64,000 nucleotides of DNA from a virus (lineage: Duplodnaviria > Caudoviricetes), in the IMG/VR virus record IMGVR_UViG_2883068021_000001, positions 1-64,000 of that record. The stretch is one strand, 5' to 3'. Position 1 is the stretch's first letter. The number at the start of each line of letters is the position of its first letter. The translations under genes and the position numbers were made by a program. Shown piece after piece: positions 1 to 8,495 of this stretch. Below the pieces are notes generated by a model that worked only from the letters and a program-made list of their open reading frames with translations, had not been told where the DNA came from and did no database searches.

Positions 1-147
1 ATGGAAAAGAAGATCACCATAACGACCACAAATGCCAAAGCACTCGCCTTCCTTGACAAGCTGCATGAAAAAAAGCAGCAAATCAAGGAACAGATGAGAA
101 ATAGCCCCCTTGCTCAAAAAACTGCCCCTAAAGTAAAGCCTCAGTAA
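1..147 (+). CDS. 48-aa Lys/Gln-rich small protein (MEKKITITTTNAKALAFLDKLHEKKQQIKEQMRNSPLAQKTAPKVKPQ)
   Basis: Open ATG(1)-TAA(145-147) frame read by hand, below the ORF track cutoff; 17 nt upstream of the next gene. Confidence 0.7.
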   Translation: MEKKITITTTNAKALAFLDKLHEKKQQIKEQMRNSPLAQKTAPKVKPQ

Positions 148-164
148 AACTTCGGTAAACATCA

Positions 165-710
165 GTGTACGCCTTTGAAATATCCGAGCACCCCCAAGAA
201 TCACGTACCGAGTACTGGTTTACTACCGACAGTTATTTAAGGTATTACGCATACATAGTTTCTGCTGATGATTGGGCAGATGGCCTAGATCCATACCCAT
301 TTTTGCAACAGCACGGCTATGCTTTTGGTTTTTGCCCTGTAGACGAAGAAGCCCAATCCAATTCCTCTCACGATCCTCGTGTTGGCCAAACAATCTGCGC
401 CATCATTTCTCATTTTATGTCCGGTTTCTCTCAGATTGTGCTCATGTATCACTGCGATTCGACTGATGGCAGACAACAATTTAGGAATAAGACGTTTCAG
501 AATTGGTTCTCTAAACACAGCGATCTTAGCAAAATCTATCGCCACAAAATCATTATTAATGTAGAAGTTGAGGATACTGTCAAAAGTGAATATCTTGGTT
601 GCTTTGCAAAATGTGAAGGTGGGTCAATTTCAACTGTAAGTGCTGAATTTGAACTGATGGCCAATGAAAAGGTTAATTCCGGTAAACAACAAATTATTGC
701 CCCACAATAA
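165..710 (+). CDS. DUF6169-like hypothetical protein (prophage moron)
   Basis: 181 aa; YHCDSTDGRQQFRNKTFQNWF resembles the conserved core of Bacteroidota DUF6169 proteins; AT-rich and oriented against the lysis genes. Confidence 0.65.
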   Translation: MYAFEISEHPQESRTEYWFTTDSYLRYYAYIVSADDWADGLDPYPFLQQHGYAFGFCPVDEEAQSNSSHDPRVGQTICAIISHFMSGFSQIVLMYHCDSTDGRQQFRNKTFQNWFSKHSDLSKIYRHKIIINVEVEDTVKSEYLGCFAKCEGGSISTVSAEFELMANEKVNSGKQQIIAPQ

Positions 711-726
711 TAATTGGCCTGAATAA

Positions 727-1149
727 CTATATCAATTTTGAAATCCAGTCCGCTACGTCAAATGAGGGGCACGCCTTCTTCACTCTTGGGAAATCCCGGT
801 GGCCCAGAATTTTTGCAGTTGGATACTTTGCTTTGAGTTTTTTTACCAGCGCCTTCATCGCTTCCAGTTGTTCGGGTGTTCGGGTGTCCTTCGGATCCCC
901 TTTTTCATCTATTCCGCCGATGTACGAGACGTGAACGGATGCCTGGTTAAATCCTTGTACCCCATTGGTCACGTCGCTTTCGTCCGCAAGTTGCTTCACT
1001 CCGCCGTTGGCGGAGATGATGTAATGATAGCCTGGACTCTTCCATTTCAGTTGTTCCTTCCAGTATCGCTGAATAGCTTCTACGCTTGCGAATGGCTGGG
1101 TCGCGGTGCAATGTAATACGATGTATTTGATGTTTCTCGGATTGGTCAT
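727..1149 (-). CDS. Endolysin, N-acetylmuramoyl-L-alanine amidase (Amidase_2, T7-lysozyme-like)
   Basis: IVLHCTAT, GYHYII, GHRDF and KACPSF zinc-amidase motifs; the likely start MTNPRNIK at 1149 overlaps the upstream stop. Confidence 0.92.
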   Translation of the reverse strand: MTNPRNIKYIVLHCTATQPFASVEAIQRYWKEQLKWKSPGYHYIISANGGVKQLADESDVTNGVQGFNQASVHVSYIGGIDEKGDPKDTRTPEQLEAMKALVKKLKAKYPTAKILGHRDFPRVKKACPSFDVADWISKLI

Positions 1150-1646
1150 TTCTTGAACAATTTGAAGAAGCCCAGGCCCCCGGTTTTGAATTTGATAATT
1201 AGCCAAACCAGCACAGCGCCGGCCAGCAGCCAGAACCGTAGATCCGCAGCGCGCTTGCCTTTAGTGAGCCGGGCGTTATCGGCTTTATAAACTGCGTTCT
1301 CCCGTGCCGTGCTATCCTTCCGGGCTTCAGCCAGCTTCCACGCAGTTACCATGGCCAGGAAAACGCGATTGTTCCGGAGGATACTGTCCAGGTTCAACGT
1401 TTTGTCCGGGCACTTCACCGTCAGCCGGCCGGATTTCGATTTCACGGCGCCGGAATCGAAATCCGGAATACTGCCGCGCGTTTCGATGGTGATGGCTTCA
1501 CCCTGGAGGGTTAGCGGAGGCGCCAGCTGAAGGCTATCCAGGTGCTCCCCCAGCACAGCCCGGAGCGCCTCCCGTTCTGCAGCGGATGGATCTTTGGTTG
1601 TCCGGCAGCCGGCCAGAAGGATCAATATCGAAATGAGGTATTTCAT
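1146..1646 (-). CDS. Lipoprotein with C-terminal TM helix, unimolecular-spanin-like
   Basis: Lipobox LAGC at residues 11-14 and a C-terminal hydrophobic segment (FWLLAGAVLVWLII), inside the lysis cassette. Confidence 0.7.
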   Translation of the reverse strand: MKYLISILILLAGCRTTKDPSAAEREALRAVLGEHLDSLQLAPPLTLQGEAITIETRGSIPDFDSGAVKSKSGRLTVKCPDKTLNLDSILRNNRVFLAMVTAWKLAEARKDSTARENAVYKADNARLTKGKRAADLRFWLLAGAVLVWLIIKFKTGGLGFFKLFKK

Positions 1647-1924
1647 TTGGTGAGAATAGTTTCGAACAGCTCATTCAAAGAAAATCCGATTGTCGATGCA
1701 GCGCCGATAACCCACCATTTCCAGCGTTCATATGTCTCCATCTTCTCCTCGAGCTTGGCCAGGCGCCCGGAAAGGCCCTTGTCTCCTGCTACTGGGTTTC
1801 CCATAATCCCCTCCCGCACCTGCGCCATCATGCCCTTCATATCCTTCAGGGATTCGGACAGTTTCTCCACGTTCCCGGACAATTCTTCCAGCTTGTCTTC
1901 CATATGAGCTATTCGGTTTTCCAT
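1643..1924 (-). CDS. Coiled-coil protein with C-terminal TM (lysis-cassette membrane protein)
   Basis: Heptad-rich N-terminus, then WKWWVIGAASTIGF; overlapping start/stop with its neighbours. Confidence 0.7.
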   Translation of the reverse strand: MENRIAHMEDKLEELSGNVEKLSESLKDMKGMMAQVREGIMGNPVAGDKGLSGRLAKLEEKMETYERWKWWVIGAASTIGFSLNELFETILTK

Positions 1925-1930
1925 GATCAG

Positions 1931-2227
1931 TTAGCCTTTCGGTTTGTATTTAGATTCCTCGCTAATTCCGGCCTTCTCCGGATCCTTCACCGTTGCCGTG
2001 GCGGCACCACCGGTACCGAGGAGACAGCCGGCAAGGAAGATGAGCGCCGAAGACAGTTTTGCCGGGATAACGAAAACGTCGAGATACTCCAGGCCAAAGG
2101 CCGCGCCCATGGCCAAAAGGATATAGATACTGTAGGATTGTATCTTCTTCCAGAATTCGGGAGTGTTACCACTGCCGGAGGAAAGGCGAAGCCATATTTC
2201 TTTGAGTAGTGCTATTTTATCCATCAT
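1931..2227 (-). CDS. Putative holin (2 TM)
   Basis: 98 aa with two hydrophobic helices and a charged C-terminus; sits between the tail and endolysin genes. Confidence 0.7.
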   Translation of the reverse strand: MMDKIALLKEIWLRLSSGSGNTPEFWKKIQSYSIYILLAMGAAFGLEYLDVFVIPAKLSSALIFLAGCLLGTGGAATATVKDPEKAGISEESKYKPKG

Positions 2228-4473
2228 TCAAATATTTTTTGAACAGTAAATGAAATGTTTTTCACCGTAGCCAAACGATCCTCATTCAGGGCGTAATAGA
2301 GCTTGTTATATGCGCCTGGAACGATCCAGATATAAGCCCCGCCGCGCAGAAGATTGTCGTTCGGATGTACATTCCAAGACGTGGTGACCTTCCGCCCGGA
2401 AGCTGCATGCCGCTGAACTATCATGTTCACGCGGCCGAGGCTGACCCTGTTGTTAGCAATGATCGGAAGGCTGGCCGTGCTGATGTCAGGGATTCGGTAT
2501 GGGAATAACAGCTCGTCGAACAGGTCCGAAGTAGTGGTCATGGCCGTGAAGAATCGCTTTGCATGGACCTCTCCATCCATTGCGGCGCGAAACTCATACC
2601 CGCTGTCGAAAAAGCGAAGCGTGGACATCGTATTCAGAGAATCCGGCGCAGCAACTCCCGACCATTTAATCACTGTCCGCTGGGTAATATCAATGTTGTT
2701 GCATACTACCGCCTTGATTGACAGTATATCCGTAGCAATGCCATCGAGCCGGACGTCTCGTGAGATCAGCGTTTCTCCTCCATGATAGGAGCCTGCGAAC
2801 CGATTATTCTTATAGTTCATGACGGCATATTCTTGCGCGCCACTGTTGAAGATGTAGGGAGGGTACGTGGTGTTGTTCCGGTAGTAGTACATGCTGTCAT
2901 ATGATGCCACTGGTGCGTCCTTGAGCGAATAAAAGTTAACGCCGCATACGTACATGTTCCCCCCGGCATTGGTCTTGGTCACCCTGATGGTGTGAGTACC
3001 TGGCAAAAGGTTGGCATACTTCCGGGTAAACAGCTCCGCAGTGGGCCGGGTAGTGTTGAATGTCTCTACTATATTCCCATCTATCCTCACCTCTACGTCT
3101 GATCCGGAAGCGGAGGACATTAACCCCAGTTGTGTTTCGGCTCCGGTGAATGAGAATTCGATATACGCATTCTGTGCTGCTGTCGTGTTAATGTGCATAA
3201 CGATCCCGTGGGTGCCACGGAAGTATTCGTAATATGACCAGGTGCCGGATTTGGTCGGCGCGGAATTGCTCGTTAAATACGCATCATCGATATCGTGTAC
3301 GATTGTCGTTCGCAAAAGATCGGTTGGAAGACCTTCAGAATCATCAGTGGTCACAATATTCTTCCTCAGGACTGTAAGTAAGTACCCGCGGGGTTTCTTA
3401 GTGATCGCGTAGAATGTCGAATCATCATTCCGGTACAGGCACATCTTATTTGATCGTGTCATAGCCGGAGGTATGTAAGCTGGCGAAATCTCCCGGTCGT
3501 AATCGTTAACAATGAAGCCACGAATGTACTTTGCGTTGTCAAATCTACCGGTTAGTACTGTCTGCATTCCCACGACGGCGACGCCCTGGCAGTCCACGGA
3601 ATCAATCAGGAGCTTAGGCACATTCACCTCGATTATTCCGATATTCCGACTGATGGCATATGCCACAGCATCGGCTATTGCCTGGTTGTCATTCACAATT
3701 CCGTCGCCAACTGCCCCAAACCAGGTGGCTTTAACCGGATTGGCTTTCGCGCGTACCCAGTATCCGTTACTCCCGGCAAACGTTATCCCTTTGTCAGCAG
3801 TACCGGTAGCTTGCCATGTAAACCATCCGCCGCGCAGTGAATCAGTGACAAGAACGCTATGTTTTGGAGAGCCGAATAGTATGAGCTCTTCAACCGAATC
3901 AGCAATTCCGGGAAGGGAATCATTCACTTGCCCCAAAGTAGGCGCCTGGTTACCCGATTCAGCTGGTACCGTCTGGATATTTCCCTCCGCCACGATGGAC
4001 AGGTCTAAAGTTGAGGGTAGCTTCCCTACATGTAGCGGCGCAGCCGGCGTAGTATTCGTAGCGATTCTTGCCGTCCCTGTAATGCCAAAGCTGGAGCTGG
4101 GCTGCAATCCTGAAGCGCGGTTTTCGATGGCGAATTGCGAAACATACGTCCGTGTAGCGATTGTGGTCGAGGTGTCTGAGTATTTCATGTAGGCGGAAAG
4201 ATCAGATGCGAATTCCCGCCAGATACCTGCGTTATCCTTCCACCGCGGTTTCCCATGCCAATACGCAAGAATTCCGGAATCGCCGACGGGCATGTAATTC
4301 TCGTCTAGTATAACCTTCTTGGTTGTATCACGGGGTAACATGAAAATGCCCCGCGGCCAGAGACCATCATACGCATTGTTAATCGCGTTGTAGTTCCATG
4401 GTGTTTCATTCTGCGCCTGTGCGGCCATTGACAGCAATACTGCCAAAATTGTCAATACTCTCTTCATCGTCAT
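2224..4473 (-). CDS. Tailspike/depolymerase-like protein with N-terminal signal peptide
   Basis: VKATWFGAVGDGIVNDNQAIADA pectate-lyase-3-like motif; a carbohydrate-binding-like sandwich (VRIDG...GTHTIRVTK); N-terminus MTMKRVLTILAVLLSMAAQA-Q. Confidence 0.7.
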   Translation of the reverse strand: MTMKRVLTILAVLLSMAAQAQNETPWNYNAINNAYDGLWPRGIFMLPRDTTKKVILDENYMPVGDSGILAYWHGKPRWKDNAGIWREFASDLSAYMKYSDTSTTIATRTYVSQFAIENRASGLQPSSSFGITGTARIATNTTPAAPLHVGKLPSTLDLSIVAEGNIQTVPAESGNQAPTLGQVNDSLPGIADSVEELILFGSPKHSVLVTDSLRGGWFTWQATGTADKGITFAGSNGYWVRAKANPVKATWFGAVGDGIVNDNQAIADAVAYAISRNIGIIEVNVPKLLIDSVDCQGVAVVGMQTVLTGRFDNAKYIRGFIVNDYDREISPAYIPPAMTRSNKMCLYRNDDSTFYAITKKPRGYLLTVLRKNIVTTDDSEGLPTDLLRTTIVHDIDDAYLTSNSAPTKSGTWSYYEYFRGTHGIVMHINTTAAQNAYIEFSFTGAETQLGLMSSASGSDVEVRIDGNIVETFNTTRPTAELFTRKYANLLPGTHTIRVTKTNAGGNMYVCGVNFYSLKDAPVASYDSMYYYRNNTTYPPYIFNSGAQEYAVMNYKNNRFAGSYHGGETLISRDVRLDGIATDILSIKAVVCNNIDITQRTVIKWSGVAAPDSLNTMSTLRFFDSGYEFRAAMDGEVHAKRFFTAMTTTSDLFDELLFPYRIPDISTASLPIIANNRVSLGRVNMIVQRHAASGRKVTTSWNVHPNDNLLRGGAYIWIVPGAYNKLYYALNEDRLATVKNISFTVQKIFE

Positions 4474-5777
4474 ATGTGTATTAAAGCGGGGAATCCCACG
4501 TTCTCGGGGCGGGCTTCGGAGCCGCCCTCGGAAACTATGTTCCCCATTCCAAAAAGATTCGGTTGCGTATTTCCGGGATCGTTGTCACCGTTTACCGCTG
4601 TTCCGGTGCCAGTGATCTGCATTAACCCTTTGAAATTGCCATTTTCGTGGTTGTGTGCCTTGTTCTGGTTGGCCTCCGTGGAGCCGACGATATTCGGCTC
4701 AGACCGGTCGGGATCTTTCCCCGCACCAAGATCCAGGAAACGTGGGAACCATCCATCCCACTTCGGCACCATCACCACTCCACCACCTCGCGCCCACTTC
4801 GTAGGGTTTGCGGCTGCCTGGGCGATTGTGACTACCGAACCCGGGTAGGCTGCGGCGAGCGCAACACAATAATCGTCAACACCGGGGTATTCGTTGGCCT
4901 GTAGCGTCTGGCGCTGTGCGCGGATCAGGTCAGGGCCGGGTATACCGCCAAATGCAGGCATGCCCACCTGCTTCCACCGTTCTCCCTGGGCGACAACGTA
5001 CCAAACTGTACCGATCCGGACGAGAAATACGTAGTCGATTTCCCCCAGGACAACACGGGTGGGCACCAGCGAAACACCGCGCACCATAGTCTGACCTGCC
5101 GGCGCGGCCACAACGGATTGCTTTTGCTGCCCGCCGCCAGTACGTACCACGCACAGCACATTCTCCGGGTAAGCCGAGTTCAGTGTGTAGGTGATTGCCA
5201 GCGACGTGGCAGATTGCAGCAGGATCATTTTCCGGTCGAATGCCGCACCTGCGGTAACACTGGAGGTAACCACCTGCACCCCGGAGGTAAACCGGGCGAT
5301 TGCGTCAGGGGTAGCCACCACGCTACTGATAACCGGCTTGAACTCGACCCGGTATTTCTGGCCGTTCACGAAATAGGCGCCGGTCTTGGTGTGGTGAAAC
5401 CCGCCACCGGAGACATTGTTCTGCCACTCCGGGCCTTTCTCCATGAAGCCCATCCCGCGCATATCGATGCTGTATTCTTTCCCTTCCAGGTATGCGTCAA
5501 CCAAACGGATCGGCTTGCCGAAAGTCGGAGACACTGGGTTCGTGTCGTTCTCCAACGTAGCGCCATGCATCTCGCCGCCGATCGTGTAGTACCGATCTGG
5601 CAGGTTCACGGCGGAGCCCAGCTGATCGGCGATGATGTCGCCGGCATTTTCGATGGGTGTTTTATATGCCTTCTTGGTCGCAGGATCCCCCACCACCAGC
5701 TGCCACAATTTGGTGACGGCTATTCCGGAGGGAAGATCCTGGACGGCTACGAGGTCTACGATATCAAACTCAGGCAT
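4470..5777 (-). CDS. Tail fibre protein with tail-collar-like C-terminal domain
   Basis: C-terminal VPKWDGWFPR...GSTEANQNKAHNH...EARPENVGF resembles tail-collar/short-fibre ends. Confidence 0.72.
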   Translation of the reverse strand: MPEFDIVDLVAVQDLPSGIAVTKLWQLVVGDPATKKAYKTPIENAGDIIADQLGSAVNLPDRYYTIGGEMHGATLENDTNPVSPTFGKPIRLVDAYLEGKEYSIDMRGMGFMEKGPEWQNNVSGGGFHHTKTGAYFVNGQKYRVEFKPVISSVVATPDAIARFTSGVQVVTSSVTAGAAFDRKMILLQSATSLAITYTLNSAYPENVLCVVRTGGGQQKQSVVAAPAGQTMVRGVSLVPTRVVLGEIDYVFLVRIGTVWYVVAQGERWKQVGMPAFGGIPGPDLIRAQRQTLQANEYPGVDDYCVALAAAYPGSVVTIAQAAANPTKWARGGGVVMVPKWDGWFPRFLDLGAGKDPDRSEPNIVGSTEANQNKAHNHENGNFKGLMQITGTGTAVNGDNDPGNTQPNLFGMGNIVSEGGSEARPENVGFPALIHI

Positions 5778-6537
5778 AATTCGGGCTTATAAGTTCGTTA
5801 GTGTCTGGGTCGGGAGTAATACCCTCGTTGTCCGTTCCTGTCCACAGGCCCAATCCAGGCGAAGCGGACGCAAATACAACGGACGGCACGAAAGGCGCAT
5901 CCCACTCAGCCAGCAGGCTGAAATCGCACCCGGATGTATACCCGGTCAACTGGAAGTATTGATTCTCCGGATAGGAGTTGAATTGGTTGATTACATCGTC
6001 CGCGTTATAGGCGATGCCGATCACGCCACCAGGACTTGTGCCGTCCGCGTTGTACCAGTACAGCGATACCGGGTACGGGTCGGGGCAACCGAACAGGCGC
6101 GCCATAGACGAATCTGCGAGGAAGACGTCGGCGGGAATTGGCTGGAAAACGTCCTTTGCCATACCGGTACCGGTAGCCGCCATGTCGAACTTGATGACGT
6201 CCTTCATCTGGCTGGTGAAATTCAGCGAGGTAATCAGGATGGAGCCGGACATGGAATAGCCACCCACAGCATATGCCGAAGCGCGCCATTTCAATTCCGC
6301 GCCCTGTTCGGCCCAGCCTTTGAGCTTCACCCAGTTCACCGAGGCGCGGAACACCACTACGCCTGGCACCTGCACCGTGTAGGTGATGTCGTCGGCGAGG
6401 AACCGGCGCCACCGGGTGGTCGGATCGACGATCCGGCGGGTGGAGTACTGGAAATCAAAAACGCAGTCTGTCGCATAACAGATAGGCGTTTCGACCCCGT
6501 TGTCCTCTATGTAGATTATGAAGTCCTTTCCTTTCAT
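5770..6537 (-). CDS. Tail tube-fold (distal tail-like) protein
   Basis: N-terminus MKGKDFIIYI...PICYATDC...KFDMAATGTG resembles tail-tube proteins; lies downstream of the hub gene. Confidence 0.55.
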   Translation of the reverse strand: MKGKDFIIYIEDNGVETPICYATDCVFDFQYSTRRIVDPTTRWRRFLADDITYTVQVPGVVVFRASVNWVKLKGWAEQGAELKWRASAYAVGGYSMSGSILITSLNFTSQMKDVIKFDMAATGTGMAKDVFQPIPADVFLADSSMARLFGCPDPYPVSLYWYNADGTSPGGVIGIAYNADDVINQFNSYPENQYFQLTGYTSGCDFSLLAEWDAPFVPSVVFASASPGLGLWTGTDNEGITPDPDTNELISPNYA

Positions 6538-8495
6538 TCGTTTTCCTCCTCGATGTCAAACTCACGTATTTCAACCTGCGCCCCGCCTTCCGGTAAAAGC
6601 TCGATGAGCGATACCTCGTGCGTGCAGGTAAGGTTATTGTAGGTGTCACGCAGCTGCAGGTAACGTTTACCCGGCAGCGCGTCGAACTCGATCACACTGT
6701 AATACTCCAGCGTATTGCTGTACAGGCTCCCCTCCCAGCTTTGCAGGGATCTGGCGTACTGGTCGATGTGCGCCCGCACCATGTGGCGTTCGATATCGTC
6801 GGCGACGATGCCGGGCTTACTGCTCTCCCAGCTGGCAACCGGCTCTTTTGCCGCCCCGGTGAAAAGCGTGTTGGACGCACCATCATCACCGGTATCAATG
6901 AAACTGAACTGCTGCGGATCTGTCTTTTCGCGGGAGAATTTCGCCCCGTTGATCGCCGCCAGGCGCCGCCCTTTTGAGGCGAGATTGATGATGCCCATCT
7001 TCGGCGGCCAAAGTGTAACGGAATCGACGAAAGGCCCATCCACCGTTTCGGACAATTCGTAGGGTGTGTAAAAAAACAAGGATAACTTGAACGAAGTCGG
7101 CGGTGGACCTGACGGGGTACCGTTTGGACGAGGGTGTGGCACAGGTAAGGATCTAACCTTAAAATTGCCGTCTCTTTTACGACCGTTGCGAATAAGGTTT
7201 TGCCGGGACGTATCTTCTACACCTTGCCCCTCAGCTACCCAGTCACCGCCAGCTCCCATAGTGAACCCGAGGTAATCCGGATCGTCACTGTCTAGATTTA
7301 CTAGGAACGCAAAGGTTTTTGTGTTATTAAATCGATACTTGAATTCCAAATCCAACAATTCTCCGGGCTTAATACGTATGTTCTGTGTATCGCTATAAAA
7401 TCCCTGGCTAATATTATGCAGGCTGTTGGTGCTGAATGGAATAAGCGCGCCGTAAGGGCTCTCGATTGTCCCATCCCCCACCCTACCTAGCGCAGGAGTG
7501 CCGAGTGATCGATGCCATTGGTCATAATTTGCGGTACCGTCATAGGTCTCCCAGTTGAAATTCAACAGAATATTAATCCCCTGGTAGTTCACTTCGAAAG
7601 TGGCTTTCTTCAGTGCGGGCACCATGGGCAATTCCGGGTCGTCGTCGATTGGCAGCACGTCGAAGGCGCCTACCGTCGATCCACCAGATGCCAGCATTTC
7701 AGGAACAGCGACATCGGTCACGGTGAATTCGCTTTCGTAGCGCTCCACGGTGAACGTATCGCTGGTCAAATCCTGCATGCGGACGAACCAGACCTGACCA
7801 CCTGCGATAAAACACCGAGCGTAAAAGGTTTTACAGAAAGCGGTTATGACGTCGTGTACCATTACGGGACCGGTGACAAAATCATAAAAGATATCAGTAT
7901 GGATGAAAGTTCCGTTCAGTAACCGCTTCCCTGCCTCGATATTGGTCGGCGTAAGGCTGCAGAGGATGTTTATGGACGTGCCGGCGTCGACGATCTGGTG
8001 CAGGGCACGGGTAAGCATAGTCTCGTACAGGCTCACCTTATCGTACACCAGCTTTTGATCTGTATCGTACATATCGAACGGAACCGCTTTGGCGTAGGAA
8101 AAACCGTCCACGGCTTTCAGCGTTATGGTGTACGGCGCGTGCTTCCAGGTGCGGGAACAAAAATCCGGTTTGATGTAGTAAACCCCATCCAGCACGTTGT
8201 TCCGGTACACTTCCACCCGCCAGCGGCGCTCCGAGGCTTCAAAGAACTCTTCAGGAAGGGGTTCGCCGACAGCGCCGGTGAATTCGTAGGAGAACGTTAT
8301 CTGGCGCCCGATGATAAAATTTGCCTTCTCGTCGTCCGTCTCGATGCGCTCAGTGATGAGAGGATCGCCGGATGGCACCAGCGTATATACGGAGCCCGCA
8401 GCTTGCTCTCCGTCGAGAATATCGACGCGCCAGGTGGCTGGCGTCACGACGTGCCGGTCGCGGAAGGAGAAGGTGTATTTCAGTTCATACGCCAT
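6534..8495 (-). CDS. Tail tip/baseplate hub protein
   Basis: 653 aa directly after the tape measure gene, with a 1-nt overlap. Confidence 0.6.
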   Translation of the reverse strand: MAYELKYTFSFRDRHVVTPATWRVDILDGEQAAGSVYTLVPSGDPLITERIETDDEKANFIIGRQITFSYEFTGAVGEPLPEEFFEASERRWRVEVYRNNVLDGVYYIKPDFCSRTWKHAPYTITLKAVDGFSYAKAVPFDMYDTDQKLVYDKVSLYETMLTRALHQIVDAGTSINILCSLTPTNIEAGKRLLNGTFIHTDIFYDFVTGPVMVHDVITAFCKTFYARCFIAGGQVWFVRMQDLTSDTFTVERYESEFTVTDVAVPEMLASGGSTVGAFDVLPIDDDPELPMVPALKKATFEVNYQGINILLNFNWETYDGTANYDQWHRSLGTPALGRVGDGTIESPYGALIPFSTNSLHNISQGFYSDTQNIRIKPGELLDLEFKYRFNNTKTFAFLVNLDSDDPDYLGFTMGAGGDWVAEGQGVEDTSRQNLIRNGRKRDGNFKVRSLPVPHPRPNGTPSGPPPTSFKLSLFFYTPYELSETVDGPFVDSVTLWPPKMGIINLASKGRRLAAINGAKFSREKTDPQQFSFIDTGDDGASNTLFTGAAKEPVASWESSKPGIVADDIERHMVRAHIDQYARSLQSWEGSLYSNTLEYYSVIEFDALPGKRYLQLRDTYNNLTCTHEVSLIELLPEGGAQVEIREFDIEEENE

